Positions 7,700 through 15,226 of a stretch of DNA of 64,000 nucleotides are shown here, piece after piece. The translations under genes were made by a program, and so were the position numbers. A model generated the notes under the pieces. It had not been told where the DNA came from and searched no databases. It saw only the letters and a program-made list of their open reading frames with translations. This DNA is from a virus, in the IMG/VR virus record IMGVR_UViG_3300025872_000037, positions 64,088 to 128,087 of that record; one strand, given 5' to 3'. How positions within the stretch are numbered: position 1 is the first letter of the stretch; every line of letters starts with the position of its first letter.

Positions 7700-8140
7700 A
7701 TGACCAAAAACGAAAAAATTAGTCAAGCATTAAAGAAGCGTTTTAGCAAACAGCCGCATCACAAAAAAGGTAAAGCTGGTAAAAAGCACGATAAAATCGC
7801 AAAGCAAAAAATACGCGAAGCTTTAATAAAACATTATGATTCTGCAGGAAGAATGTCCGATGCGCAGAAAAAAGCACGCAATAAAGCTAATGTTTATGCT
7901 TACAGAGCTAGAAAACGAAATGCGATACCAGAAAATGCAAATTTAGCTCTAATAAAACTAATTTATGAAAAATGTCCAGAAGGTTATCACGTAGATCATA
8001 TAATTGCATTGGCATCTGGAGGTCTACACCATCAAGATAATCTTCAATATTTACCTATTGCGGAAAATTGCCGCAAAGGTAAAAGCAATAATTACAATTC
8101 TTCTTTAGCCAAAGATTGGCGAGATTTTATTGGCATGTAG
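7700..8140 (+). CDS. HNH homing endonuclease inserted in the tRNA cluster
   Basis: YHVDHIIALASGGLHHQDNLQYL..ENCRK; basic N-terminus; AT-rich; own TATAAATA at 7680-7687. Confidence 0.85.
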   Translation: MTKNEKISQALKKRFSKQPHHKKGKAGKKHDKIAKQKIREALIKHYDSAGRMSDAQKKARNKANVYAYRARKRNAIPENANLALIKLIYEKCPEGYHVDHIIALASGGLHHQDNLQYLPIAENCRKGKSNNYNSSLAKDWRDFIGM

Positions 8141-8205
8141 TTCAATGGTAGAACCCGCGACTGTTAATCGCGCAATTGGTTGTTCGACTCAACCCATGCC
8201 AGCCA
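8131..8205 (+). tRNA. tRNA-Asn(GUU)
   Basis: CGCGA-CTGTTAA-TCGCG, GCCA end. Confidence 0.9.
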
Positions 8206-8215
8206 GTTTATTTTT

Positions 8216-8292
8216 CGGCGCGTAGCACAGCCTGGTAGTGCACTTGCTTTGGGAGCAAGCCGTCGGGGGTTCGAATCCCTCCGCGCCGACCA
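8216..8292 (+). tRNA. tRNA-Pro(UGG)
   Basis: CTTGC-TTTGGGA-GCAAG, C1-G72, ACCA end. Confidence 0.95.
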
Positions 8293-8299
8293 TTTTCGA

Positions 8300-8374
8300 T
8301 GGCCCATTGTGTAATGGTTAGCACAGCTGACTTTGACTCAGCTAGTTGGGGTTCGAGTCCCTGTGGGCCAGCCA
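8300..8374 (+). tRNA. tRNA-Gln(UUG)
   Basis: GCTGA-CTTTGAC-TCAGC, U1-A72, GCCA end. Confidence 0.95.
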
Positions 8375-8484
8375 ATTTGAGCAGAGTCCTAGCTGTTCGT
8401 AAAACAGGAGCCGGTGTGATCGGTATTGCCGTTGTTCAGCGGGTAACCGTGCGCGGGAGAATCGGGTGCTGCTCTTTTTACTTT

Positions 8485-8580
8485 ATGAAAAAACCTGAAA
8501 ACTTATCACAGATCCTTCTAGTTATCCTGGCGGTCATCGCCGATATTTTCTTAATCGTAAACGTCATCCATCACTGGTGA
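8485..8580 (+). CDS. Small single-TM protein (31 aa)
   Basis: MKKPENLSQILLVILAVIADIFLIVNVIHHW. Confidence 0.5.
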   Translation: MKKPENLSQILLVILAVIADIFLIVNVIHHW

Positions 8581-8581
8581 C

Positions 8582-8722
8582 ATGATCACTCGTCTCGTTC
8601 AATTAGTGTTTCTTTCCGTTCTCATTCCGGCTGCGATCTCAGCATTTTTGATCGTGGCCGTTACGTTAACTGCAAGCATCGTGGTAGGATTTCTGGTCCT
8701 ATTCCACAGATTGCTCTCGTAG
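8582..8722 (+). CDS. Small hydrophobic membrane protein (46 aa)
   Basis: MITRLVQLVFLSVLIPAAISAFLIVAVTLTASIVVGFLVLFHRLLS; starts 1 nt after the previous stop. Confidence 0.5.
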   Translation: MITRLVQLVFLSVLIPAAISAFLIVAVTLTASIVVGFLVLFHRLLS

Positions 8723-8728
8723 CTTCTT

Positions 8729-8804
8729 GGTCCTGTAGCTCAATGGTCAGAGCAGAGGACTCATAATCCTTTGGTTGTGGGTTCAAGTCCCACCGGGACC
8801 ACCA
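8729..8804 (+). tRNA. tRNA(CAU), probably Ile2 (lysidine type) or elongator Met
   Basis: GAGGA-CTCATAA-TCCTT; C4-G69 and C5-G68 as in TilS substrates. Confidence 0.85.
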
Positions 8805-8819
8805 TATATACTTTTGTAC

Positions 8820-8895
8820 GCGGTAGTAGCTCAGTTGGTAGAGCGCCATCCTTCCAAGCTGGTTGTCGCAGGTTCGAATCCTGTCTGCCGCTCCA
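8820..8895 (+). tRNA. tRNA-Gly(UCC)
   Basis: CTTCCAA loop, GCG acceptor start, U73, CCA. Confidence 0.95.
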
Positions 8896-8904
8896 ATTTA
8901 CTTG

Positions 8905-8981
8905 GTCCTCGTAGCTCAACCGGAAAGAGCACCGTTTTTCTAAATCGGTGGTTGTGGGTTCGAGTCCCGCCGTGGACGCCA
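8905..8981 (+). tRNA. tRNA-Arg(UCU)
   Basis: CCGTT-TTTCTAA-ATCGG, GCCA end; two stem mismatches. Confidence 0.85.
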
Positions 8982-9077
8982 TTTTGACTTTGCGAGGAAT
9001 CGCAAATGGTGGAGGGGTAATCCCAACACCCCCTGGAAGTGGGAAGCGCATACTTAAATCACGCTTAACTAATTTTT

Positions 9078-9454
9078 GGGCCTGTTCTGGATTCTATTCA
9101 GTGACAGACTTATTGTAAGCAAGCATGGTTGCTGGACCATTCAACATCAGCAAAAACACAAACGGCATCTCAAATGTCATCGAGGCGATCTTCGGTACTC
9201 GTACCGAGGAGCTTCAGCTCGCAGCCTAAGAAACTGTGACCGACACGTCGTCCGATTCTCGCTGAGTCGACGGTCGTCATCAAGCGAGACTGATCTTCGA
9301 GAATTGTGGCTCGGTAGAAGAATCAGTACACTCTAGCCATTACGCCAGGAGAGTTGATAGCGACAGCTCCTGGCATGATCACAGCTATCTAAGCTTGTAG
9401 AAAACGATCGGAAAAGCACTGAACACACGGGTTCGACTCCCGTCAGGTCCACCA
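9078..9454 (+). ncRNA. ssrA: tmRNA
   Basis: GGGCCTG/CAGGTCC-ACCA with G3:U70, T-arm GGGTTCGACTCCC; tag reading frame 9164-9229 GISNVIEAIFGTRTEELQLAA*. Confidence 0.92.
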
Positions 9455-9661
9455 CTATTCCTTCGGTAACTTACGAAGGCAGACTAATCCCTCGACGAAG
9501 ACTACCTCAAACCTGTCGCCGTCCTCAACTCTGAGCATGGCGGGTGTGAGTTCTTCATCAAAGAAAAGTGAGCCATCAGTGGTAAGTCTGAGGTCGTATC
9601 CGTGGAATCTCATGGGTGTTCCTTTCTATTTATGAAATGCTTAGAATTCGTTCACTTTTTT

Positions 9662-9690
9662 GTTTACAGGGTCATGCGGCAGTGTATGAT
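9662..9690 (+). promoter_or_regulatory. Early-type promoter followed by a boxA-like element
   Basis: GTTTAC-N17-TATGAT; TGTTCTTTTTCAA at 9708-9720; only non-coding sequence follows. Confidence 0.7.
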
Positions 9691-9725
9691 CTGATCATAG
9701 TCAATTTTGTTCTTTTTCAACTTTT

Positions 9726-9970
9726 GTGACGGAATAAGCCTTTTCCTTAGGGCTAACGTATAACCACGGTGAAGAACCGCGGTTAGTTCCGGGACTTGTA
9801 AGTAAGTAAGGTACTACGCTGAGGCCTAGGTTGGCCAACCGAAGCTACCAGAGGTACGGGTTGTAAGCATGAAATATCATGATATGGCGACTCGTTACGG
9901 TGCGACGGCACCATCTGACTGAATAACTGAAGGCAAGTTCCCCGGATGGAGGTAATCATTAGTCCTCCCA
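9726..9970 (+). ncRNA. About 245-nt structured RNA, unknown family
   Basis: Long-range CCGGGACTTG/CAAGTTCCCGG, several hairpins, terminal GGAGG...CCTCC-CA hairpin; no credible ORF. Confidence 0.55.
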
Positions 9971-10001
9971 ATTTTTACTTTCGAGGCTTGATCTCCTCGA
10001 A

Positions 10002-10124
10002 ACCCTCTCCCTTAGCAGCATTCACTAATCTATTGTCTGCACGGATGTTCGGTAGGGAACAAATGCTGGTAATGATGAAATAGACATCGGCTGGCACTAC
10101 ACGACAACGCTACTGTGAGAGGGT
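10002..10124 (+). ncRNA. Structured RNA, unknown family
   Basis: ACCCTCTC/GAGAGGGT closing stem with internal CAGCATT/AATGCTG. Confidence 0.45.
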
Positions 10125-10219
10125 ACTCTTTCATCATACTCGACTAGGCGAGTCTAAATAGAAGAATAGGCCTAGTGCGGCAGATGCATCAGTGCGTAGC
10201 GCAAAGTGCATCTGCGACT

Positions 10220-10360
10220 TGCCACGCCACAGCTCCGGTGAGCTCAGGATTAAAGCTAAAAGCGCTGTGTGAATAAACACGAGGACAAAAATTGGCTAAT
10301 GTATATCTCATATGGCCGATAAATAAATCTCGTTGCGATAAGATATTCGCCAGCGTGGCA
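10220..10360 (+). ncRNA. Multibranch RNA with kissing loops, unknown family
   Basis: TGCCACGC/GCGTGGCA; loops ATATCT (10303) and AGATAT (10341) are complementary. Confidence 0.5.
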
Positions 10361-10386
10361 CCTCTTTCAAGTTCTTTTCAATTTAT

Positions 10387-10461
10387 TGCAGTGTGGAGCA
10401 GTGGCAGCTCGCTTGGCTCATAACCAAGAGGTCAGGGGTTCGATTCCCTTCTCTGCACCCA
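10387..10461 (+). tRNA. tRNA-Met(CAU), initiator-like
   Basis: GGAGCAG..GCTCG D-arm (A11-U24), CTTGG-CTCATAA-CCAAG; only two of the three G-C anticodon-stem pairs. Confidence 0.85.
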
Positions 10462-10464
10462 ATT

Positions 10465-10688
10465 TTCTTAGATCGCAATTCAATAGGCAAATGCGCCGTT
10501 AGTGGTCGTATTCATCGAAGCTAGCAACGTCAGAACAGCAGGACAGCTATGACGCCGAGTGGCTAATTGCGACGGATGGTATGTCGAAGCCCGGATGTTA
10601 AGACCCGCTGTTATCTAGAACGGTCTCATCCGGTGGCAGTAATGCCTAGCAGAGCCCAGGACAACATCGATGAGCAGCGATCTAAGAA
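10465..10688 (+). ncRNA. About 225-nt structured RNA with kissing loops, unknown family
   Basis: 12-bp closing stem TTCTTAGATCGC/GCGATCTAAGAA; loops AACAGC (10534) and GCTGTT (10607). Confidence 0.55.
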
Positions 10689-10849
10689 AAAGCAGATACT
10701 GCACCTATAGTTAACTATAGGAAGCTTTCTGGTGGTCTGAACCTCGCGCCAGCGGACGCCTTCCGCTGGCGGTGTAAGCAACCGGTTGCTAGATACGAGG
10801 CTCTGAAAGTTCACAAAGACCTTACTTTACGATAATAAATAGTTTTCCT

Positions 10850-12361
10850 ATGCGTAATAACACACATAATAATCCAAACCTGAAGAACGGATTGCTTATC
10901 AGCATTCTTTTCTTCTTTTTTGCAGCTTCAGCAGCAGCGCTCCCAAGCACTGGTGCTTCTAACCTCCAGACAACTCCTGGAGTAACGTTCACGCAGTCGG
11001 GTTCGACGCTGGCGTTTAATGCCCCGGATCGGGCGATTCTGAACTGGAACAACTTTGGTTCCGGTACAGATCATATCGCGGTTGCTGACACTATCAGGTA
11101 TAATCTTCCTGGTGCTGCAGCATCGGTCCTTAACATCGTTTCCGGTGGTGCACAGACCACGATCAACGGAACGATTGAATCAAACGGAAAAGTTTACGTG
11201 CTAAATCCAAACGGCATCGTGATCGGTGGCACCTCACGCATCGATACCAATGCATTTGTTGCTAGCGCAGTGGACAATCCATTTGCTGCACAGTTCAAGT
11301 ACATGGCTGATGGAGTTATTCCTTCAGAGGTGGGTGGACAGCGTACTGCAAATGGTAACGTTGTTGCTCAAACTGGTGCAATCTTTGCAACTCCTAATGT
11401 GGTCATTCTTGGCAAGGATATCACCATCGGTGGTGTCTTGACTGCCGGAAATATGCTGCTTGGTGGAGATGGCGCAGTGGTCGTTGGTGGTGCAGCATCA
11501 ACCACGTGGGTTTCTGGTGATTTGACAATCACTAATCCTACTGGCACAACTACGATTGGAGTTCCTACCGCTAACGTCGGCACCAATAATGCTATTTCCG
11601 TCATTTCGACATCTGGCGATATTACTAATGCTATTGGTTCTCGTGTTCTAGGAAAGAATCTGATCGCTAACACTGTTAGTGGTAATGTCACACTTGCCGC
11701 TGTTGCTACAAGCGCAGTCACTGCAAATGGCAAGAACGTCACAGTTGCATTTGACGCCGGATCACTCACACCAAGCTTCTCGGGATCTGCAGTCACTGGC
11801 CTAACAGTCACTGCTCCTGCTTATCTGCTCTTAGCTGATGTCAAGGGCGACGCTGCCAATAACAGCTTCACAGCTGGTGGCACACTGACTCTTGGCAAGG
11901 TTCATCTGGGCGGTAGCGCATCCTTCACGGGATCTCGTGTAGTTGACTCGGTTGACAGCGTATTCGTCTATGACCGTACGTCATTCTCCGCCACCGCTGG
12001 AGATGTTGCAGTTACCAAGGCTGGTCACAGCTTCGGCCCTCTGTCGATCTCTGCCACTGGCAATGGTACTGTCTATGAGAATGCTACGATCAATCTCAAT
12101 GCTGTGAACGTCAAGGAGCTTGTCCTGAAGACAAAGGAAGCATTCTTCCAGACTCCTAACACCTTCGCTCTGACAGCCACGAAGTTCTCGCTCGATACTC
12201 TCGGCGCAGTCACCTTCACCGGCGGTACGATCTCGAACGGTCTGACGATCAATGCAGGATCAGGTAACGTTGACCTGAGCAAGCTAAGCCTCGTCACCAA
12301 TCTGAATAGCGTTGCTCCAGTTGTCACCACAACCGGTACGGTTGCTAACCCAGCTCAATAA
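10850..12361 (+). CDS. Secreted beta-helix protein with filamentous-haemagglutinin N-terminal (TPS) domain
   Basis: Signal peptide; ILNWNNF, VLNIVSG, INGTIESNGKVYVLNPNGIVIG (NPNG motif); Gly/Thr/Ala-rich beta repeats. Confidence 0.85.
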   Translation: MRNNTHNNPNLKNGLLISILFFFFAASAAALPSTGASNLQTTPGVTFTQSGSTLAFNAPDRAILNWNNFGSGTDHIAVADTIRYNLPGAAASVLNIVSGGAQTTINGTIESNGKVYVLNPNGIVIGGTSRIDTNAFVASAVDNPFAAQFKYMADGVIPSEVGGQRTANGNVVAQTGAIFATPNVVILGKDITIGGVLTAGNMLLGGDGAVVVGGAASTTWVSGDLTITNPTGTTTIGVPTANVGTNNAISVISTSGDITNAIGSRVLGKNLIANTVSGNVTLAAVATSAVTANGKNVTVAFDAGSLTPSFSGSAVTGLTVTAPAYLLLADVKGDAANNSFTAGGTLTLGKVHLGGSASFTGSRVVDSVDSVFVYDRTSFSATAGDVAVTKAGHSFGPLSISATGNGTVYENATINLNAVNVKELVLKTKEAFFQTPNTFALTATKFSLDTLGAVTFTGGTISNGLTINAGSGNVDLSKLSLVTNLNSVAPVVTTTGTVANPAQ

Positions 12362-13035
12362 TGAATAAGCTCATCGCGCTGTTCCTCGCCACTGCAGCCA
12401 TTTCACAGGCTGCTTTGGCTCCTGCTAATTATGGTACTCTGACAGTCGGTTACCGCGAGAAGGATATCACCTTCGGTCGTGTTTCTAGCCGTCAGGGAGC
12501 TTATGTCGCCGATGCTGCTTTCAAGTGGGAAAGTTTCCGGATGAATGCAGTAATGCAGAACAACGTTTCTCTCAAGGATTCCGGTCTTTATCAGGCCGAT
12601 CTTATCGGAGGTTACTCGTTCTTTTCTACGCTTGCTAATGTCGAGCTCGGTACAAAGTACGTCACGAAGTTCAAGGCTGATCCAAAAGATCGGATGAATC
12701 ACTGGCGTCCATTTGTTACAGTCGGTAACTCCTGGTTGGCAGTCACTGCGACAGCTGATCTTGAGGCTCAAACCACGAACATCGAAGGCAAGGTCTCAAA
12801 GACACTTCCTCTGTTCTTAGGCCTTAGCAGCACCACTGCTCTATCAGCCGGTTATACCGATGTCAATGATGCCCTTCCTCGTACTCTGAAGGAAGTCAAG
12901 TACACCAATGCGTACTACGGCGGATCCTTCGATATCACCTGGAAGATTGCTACTGCAGGTATCTACGTCCTGCACGATGGTATCAAGAAGGAATGGTCAG
13001 CTGGCTGGAGAGCCGGAACTACAATCCGCTTCTAA
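12361..13035 (+). CDS. Putative outer-membrane beta-barrel protein
   Basis: Signal peptide, alternating amphipathic strands, C-terminal Phe (GTTIRF). Confidence 0.7.
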   Translation: MNKLIALFLATAAISQAALAPANYGTLTVGYREKDITFGRVSSRQGAYVADAAFKWESFRMNAVMQNNVSLKDSGLYQADLIGGYSFFSTLANVELGTKYVTKFKADPKDRMNHWRPFVTVGNSWLAVTATADLEAQTTNIEGKVSKTLPLFLGLSSTTALSAGYTDVNDALPRTLKEVKYTNAYYGGSFDITWKIATAGIYVLHDGIKKEWSAGWRAGTTIRF

Positions 13036-13056
13036 GCTAATACTTCCTCAATGCCT

Positions 13057-13086
13057 ATGGCTGCATCGAAAGGTGCAGCCATTTTT
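13057..13086 (+). terminator. Intrinsic terminator
   Basis: ATGGCTGCATC-GAAA-GGTGCAGCCAT-TTTT. Confidence 0.9.
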
Positions 13087-13124
13087 GTGTTTACACGCAG
13101 CGATTCAGAGTATAGTATTCTACT

Positions 13125-13697
13125 ATGATAACTAAGTACATCTTTGTAGATCTTGACGAGACGCTGTTTCACTCGCGCTTCTTAGGAGTTGAGCCAACAA
13201 AAGCGATGAAGGCTATTATGAACGACAACGAGAAGTTAGTTAAACTCGTCAATTACCAAGACGGAGAAATTTCAGACTATGAGTTTTATGGTTCTTGCTT
13301 ACGCCCAGGCGCGCACGATCTGTTGGCAGCATTGCGGGCTATTCCGAACAGTAAAGTAATGGTTTTGACGTCCTCTGTCGAAGACTATGCTCAAGCTAAT
13401 AATCGAGCTCATGGCTTGGGATTCGACAATACCGACATCTATGCCCGAGCAAAATTGGAGCAAGGTATCGTGCCAGATTTGGGCATTACTGATCCAACAA
13501 GCGCTAAGTTCTATCTGATCGACAATCTGCCCCGCCATGAGAATCGCATCAAGGTTCGCTGGATAGATCAGCTGGCGGATCATCCGCTTAGGTATATCAA
13601 GGTGCCAGAATTCTTTAGCGCTGAGCAGGATCGTCACCTTGACTCAGATTTGATTGCTGATATCCTGCTGAAGATCAACAACTTAGATAATTCATAA
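13125..13697 (+). CDS. HAD-superfamily (NIF/FCP1-like) phosphatase
   Basis: IFVDLDETL (DxDxT), LRPGA, VLTSS, LIDN; leaderless behind GTTTAC..TAGTAT. Confidence 0.75.
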   Translation: MITKYIFVDLDETLFHSRFLGVEPTKAMKAIMNDNEKLVKLVNYQDGEISDYEFYGSCLRPGAHDLLAALRAIPNSKVMVLTSSVEDYAQANNRAHGLGFDNTDIYARAKLEQGIVPDLGITDPTSAKFYLIDNLPRHENRIKVRWIDQLADHPLRYIKVPEFFSAEQDRHLDSDLIADILLKINNLDNS

Positions 13698-13718
13698 CTC
13701 GTTGCTAATCAATATCTT

Positions 13719-13988
13719 ATGGGATCATCATCCTCTTACGGCTACGACAAACACTACGCCCAGCAACGTGCAATCGCCGCGGATCGTTTATGGACGGGCG
13801 TAAACTCGATCTCTGACGACCATGCCTATGTAGCAGCGCTCGCATTGGATCAGATGAAATGGAAACTGAACAAACTACATCTGACTCGCGAGGAGTACGA
13901 CGAGTGGCGTGGATTCATTGATGCGCTCAGTAGAGTTCTGCCGGAATCACGCGCAGTCATCAATCTTCAGCAACGTTCTCGTAAGTAA
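13719..13988 (+). CDS. Hypothetical protein
   Basis: 89-aa ORF flanked by dyad motifs. Confidence 0.55.
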   Translation: MGSSSSYGYDKHYAQQRAIAADRLWTGVNSISDDHAYVAALALDQMKWKLNKLHLTREEYDEWRGFIDALSRVLPESRAVINLQQRSRK

Positions 13989-14095
13989 TTGCTAGTCAGT
14001 GGCTTAGCCCGTTTTGTAAGTCGTTGGTGCTCAGCAAGATAAAGGCTATCAAAAACCTATACAGATTGCTGGAAATAGTGTAGAATATCTGCAGA

Positions 14096-14251
14096 ATGAA
14101 ACTTGAATACCACAACTACTGGTTCTTGATTCGCGGCGGAGATCGTCCGATTTCGCTCGACTTCAAGGCGATCAGTCTAGACGCTGCTCGTGCTGATATC
14201 TATGCCGCCTACGGTGAGGATGTCGAGATCATTACCTGCGGGCGCTACTGA
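14096..14251 (+). CDS. Small early protein (51 aa, not in ORF track)
   Basis: MKLEYHNYWFLIRGGDRPISLDFKAISLDAARADIYAAYGEDVEIITCGRY*, behind a TAGAAT -10. Confidence 0.55.
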   Translation: MKLEYHNYWFLIRGGDRPISLDFKAISLDAARADIYAAYGEDVEIITCGRY

Positions 14252-14314
14252 GCACCAACGGGTTACGTGATTTTCTCTCCTATCTTTTTATCTAAAACCT
14301 GTTAAGATTTCTAA

Positions 14315-14767
14315 ATGATGAATGCTACTGCTACCAAGGTCTGGAACGAACTGCAAGCTCAGTTTCCGAATCACTTCGAGTTCAAGCGTAAGACGCTGCA
14401 CGATGTTGCCGCCAAGCTCGGTTACGGCACGCCTCAGTACAAGGATCTGATCGCTGACGAGTTCAAGGTCCGCAAGGGTCTCTACAACTATGCGTCTCTG
14501 CGCCCTGATCTCACCGGCAAGGTGACTGAGAAGCCTGCGACGCTGTCGCTCGCCAAGAAGATCGAAAAGGAAGTCAAGAAGACTAAGAAAGTCAAGTCGG
14601 ACAAGACTTGGCAAGGCAAGAAGATCATTGACGCAGACGGTGACTTTCTGGTTGTCGAAACCAAGTCCGAGCCGAATACCGGCACTGTCTATGCCGAGCG
14701 CGATGGCGTCGGTTACTGCTACCGCAACGGCGAGGTGGTTCACACCTTCAACCGCAGCGCGAAGTAA
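14315..14767 (+). CDS. Basic early hypothetical protein
   Basis: 150 aa, leaderless (TAAGAT at 14303, ATG 6 nt later). Confidence 0.7.
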   Translation: MMNATATKVWNELQAQFPNHFEFKRKTLHDVAAKLGYGTPQYKDLIADEFKVRKGLYNYASLRPDLTGKVTEKPATLSLAKKIEKEVKKTKKVKSDKTWQGKKIIDADGDFLVVETKSEPNTGTVYAERDGVGYCYRNGEVVHTFNRSAK

Positions 14768-14772
14768 TCGCC

Positions 14773-15006
14773 ATGGCTACCAAGCGAACGTTCTCCATTC
14801 CAGTCATCTGGACGATGACTGGTTATGTTCGAGTGCAAGCAGAGAATCTCGAGGATGCGATTGATGCGACAATGGAAGCACCTTTACCTCTTGATGGTGA
14901 CTATCTCGAGGACTCTTTTGAGATTGACTACAGCGAGATTTCTCATTTTAATACTCTCACACCTGATGAAAAGGCGCAGGTAACTAAGGAAATGTATGGA
15001 AGATAA
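14773..15006 (+). CDS. Hypothetical protein
   Basis: VRVQAENLEDAI motif common in small phage proteins. Confidence 0.65.
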   Translation: MATKRTFSIPVIWTMTGYVRVQAENLEDAIDATMEAPLPLDGDYLEDSFEIDYSEISHFNTLTPDEKAQVTKEMYGR

Positions 15007-15226
15007 GATACCTACAGGTTCGATCTTTGAGAAGATCGGTATTATTCTCACTGCACTTGCAGCGGTTTTCTTCGTAAGTTTAGTTCTTGCGTTACCCGTA
15101 ATGCTGCTGTGGAATAGTACTATGCCCGATCTGTTCAAGATCTCGCCTATTGACTGGTGGACAGCATGGAAACTGATGATGCTTTCTACTTTCCTTTGCA
15201 ATCGTTTTACATTTTCTTCTAAGTAA
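14996..15226 (+). CDS. Small membrane protein
   Basis: TM segment followed by MLLWNSTMPDLF..IDWWTAW. Confidence 0.7.
   Translation: MEDKIPTGSIFEKIGIILTALAAVFFVSLVLALPVMLLWNSTMPDLFKISPIDWWTAWKLMMLSTFLCNRFTFSSK

Noticed and set aside
6276-8981. tRNA-linked HDV-like (theta) ribozymes
   Set aside because: The tRNAs encode CCA and are followed by U-rich spacers; no nested double pseudoknot was found at their 3' ends.
8905-8981. Amber suppressor tRNA (CUA) and stop-codon recoding
   Set aside because: The correct stem register gives UCU (Arg), and core genes are intact in the standard code with all three stop codons used.
9458-9625. Group I intron or RNase P RNA
   Set aside because: Only a CAGACT/AGTCTG pairing is present; the conserved core motifs and an interrupted gene are absent.
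5818-10814. ORF-track entries overlapping tRNAs and tmRNA (e.g. 6257-6469, 7474-7695, 8761-9051, 9076-9336)
   Set aside because: Shadow ORFs across RNA genes with no protein-like features.
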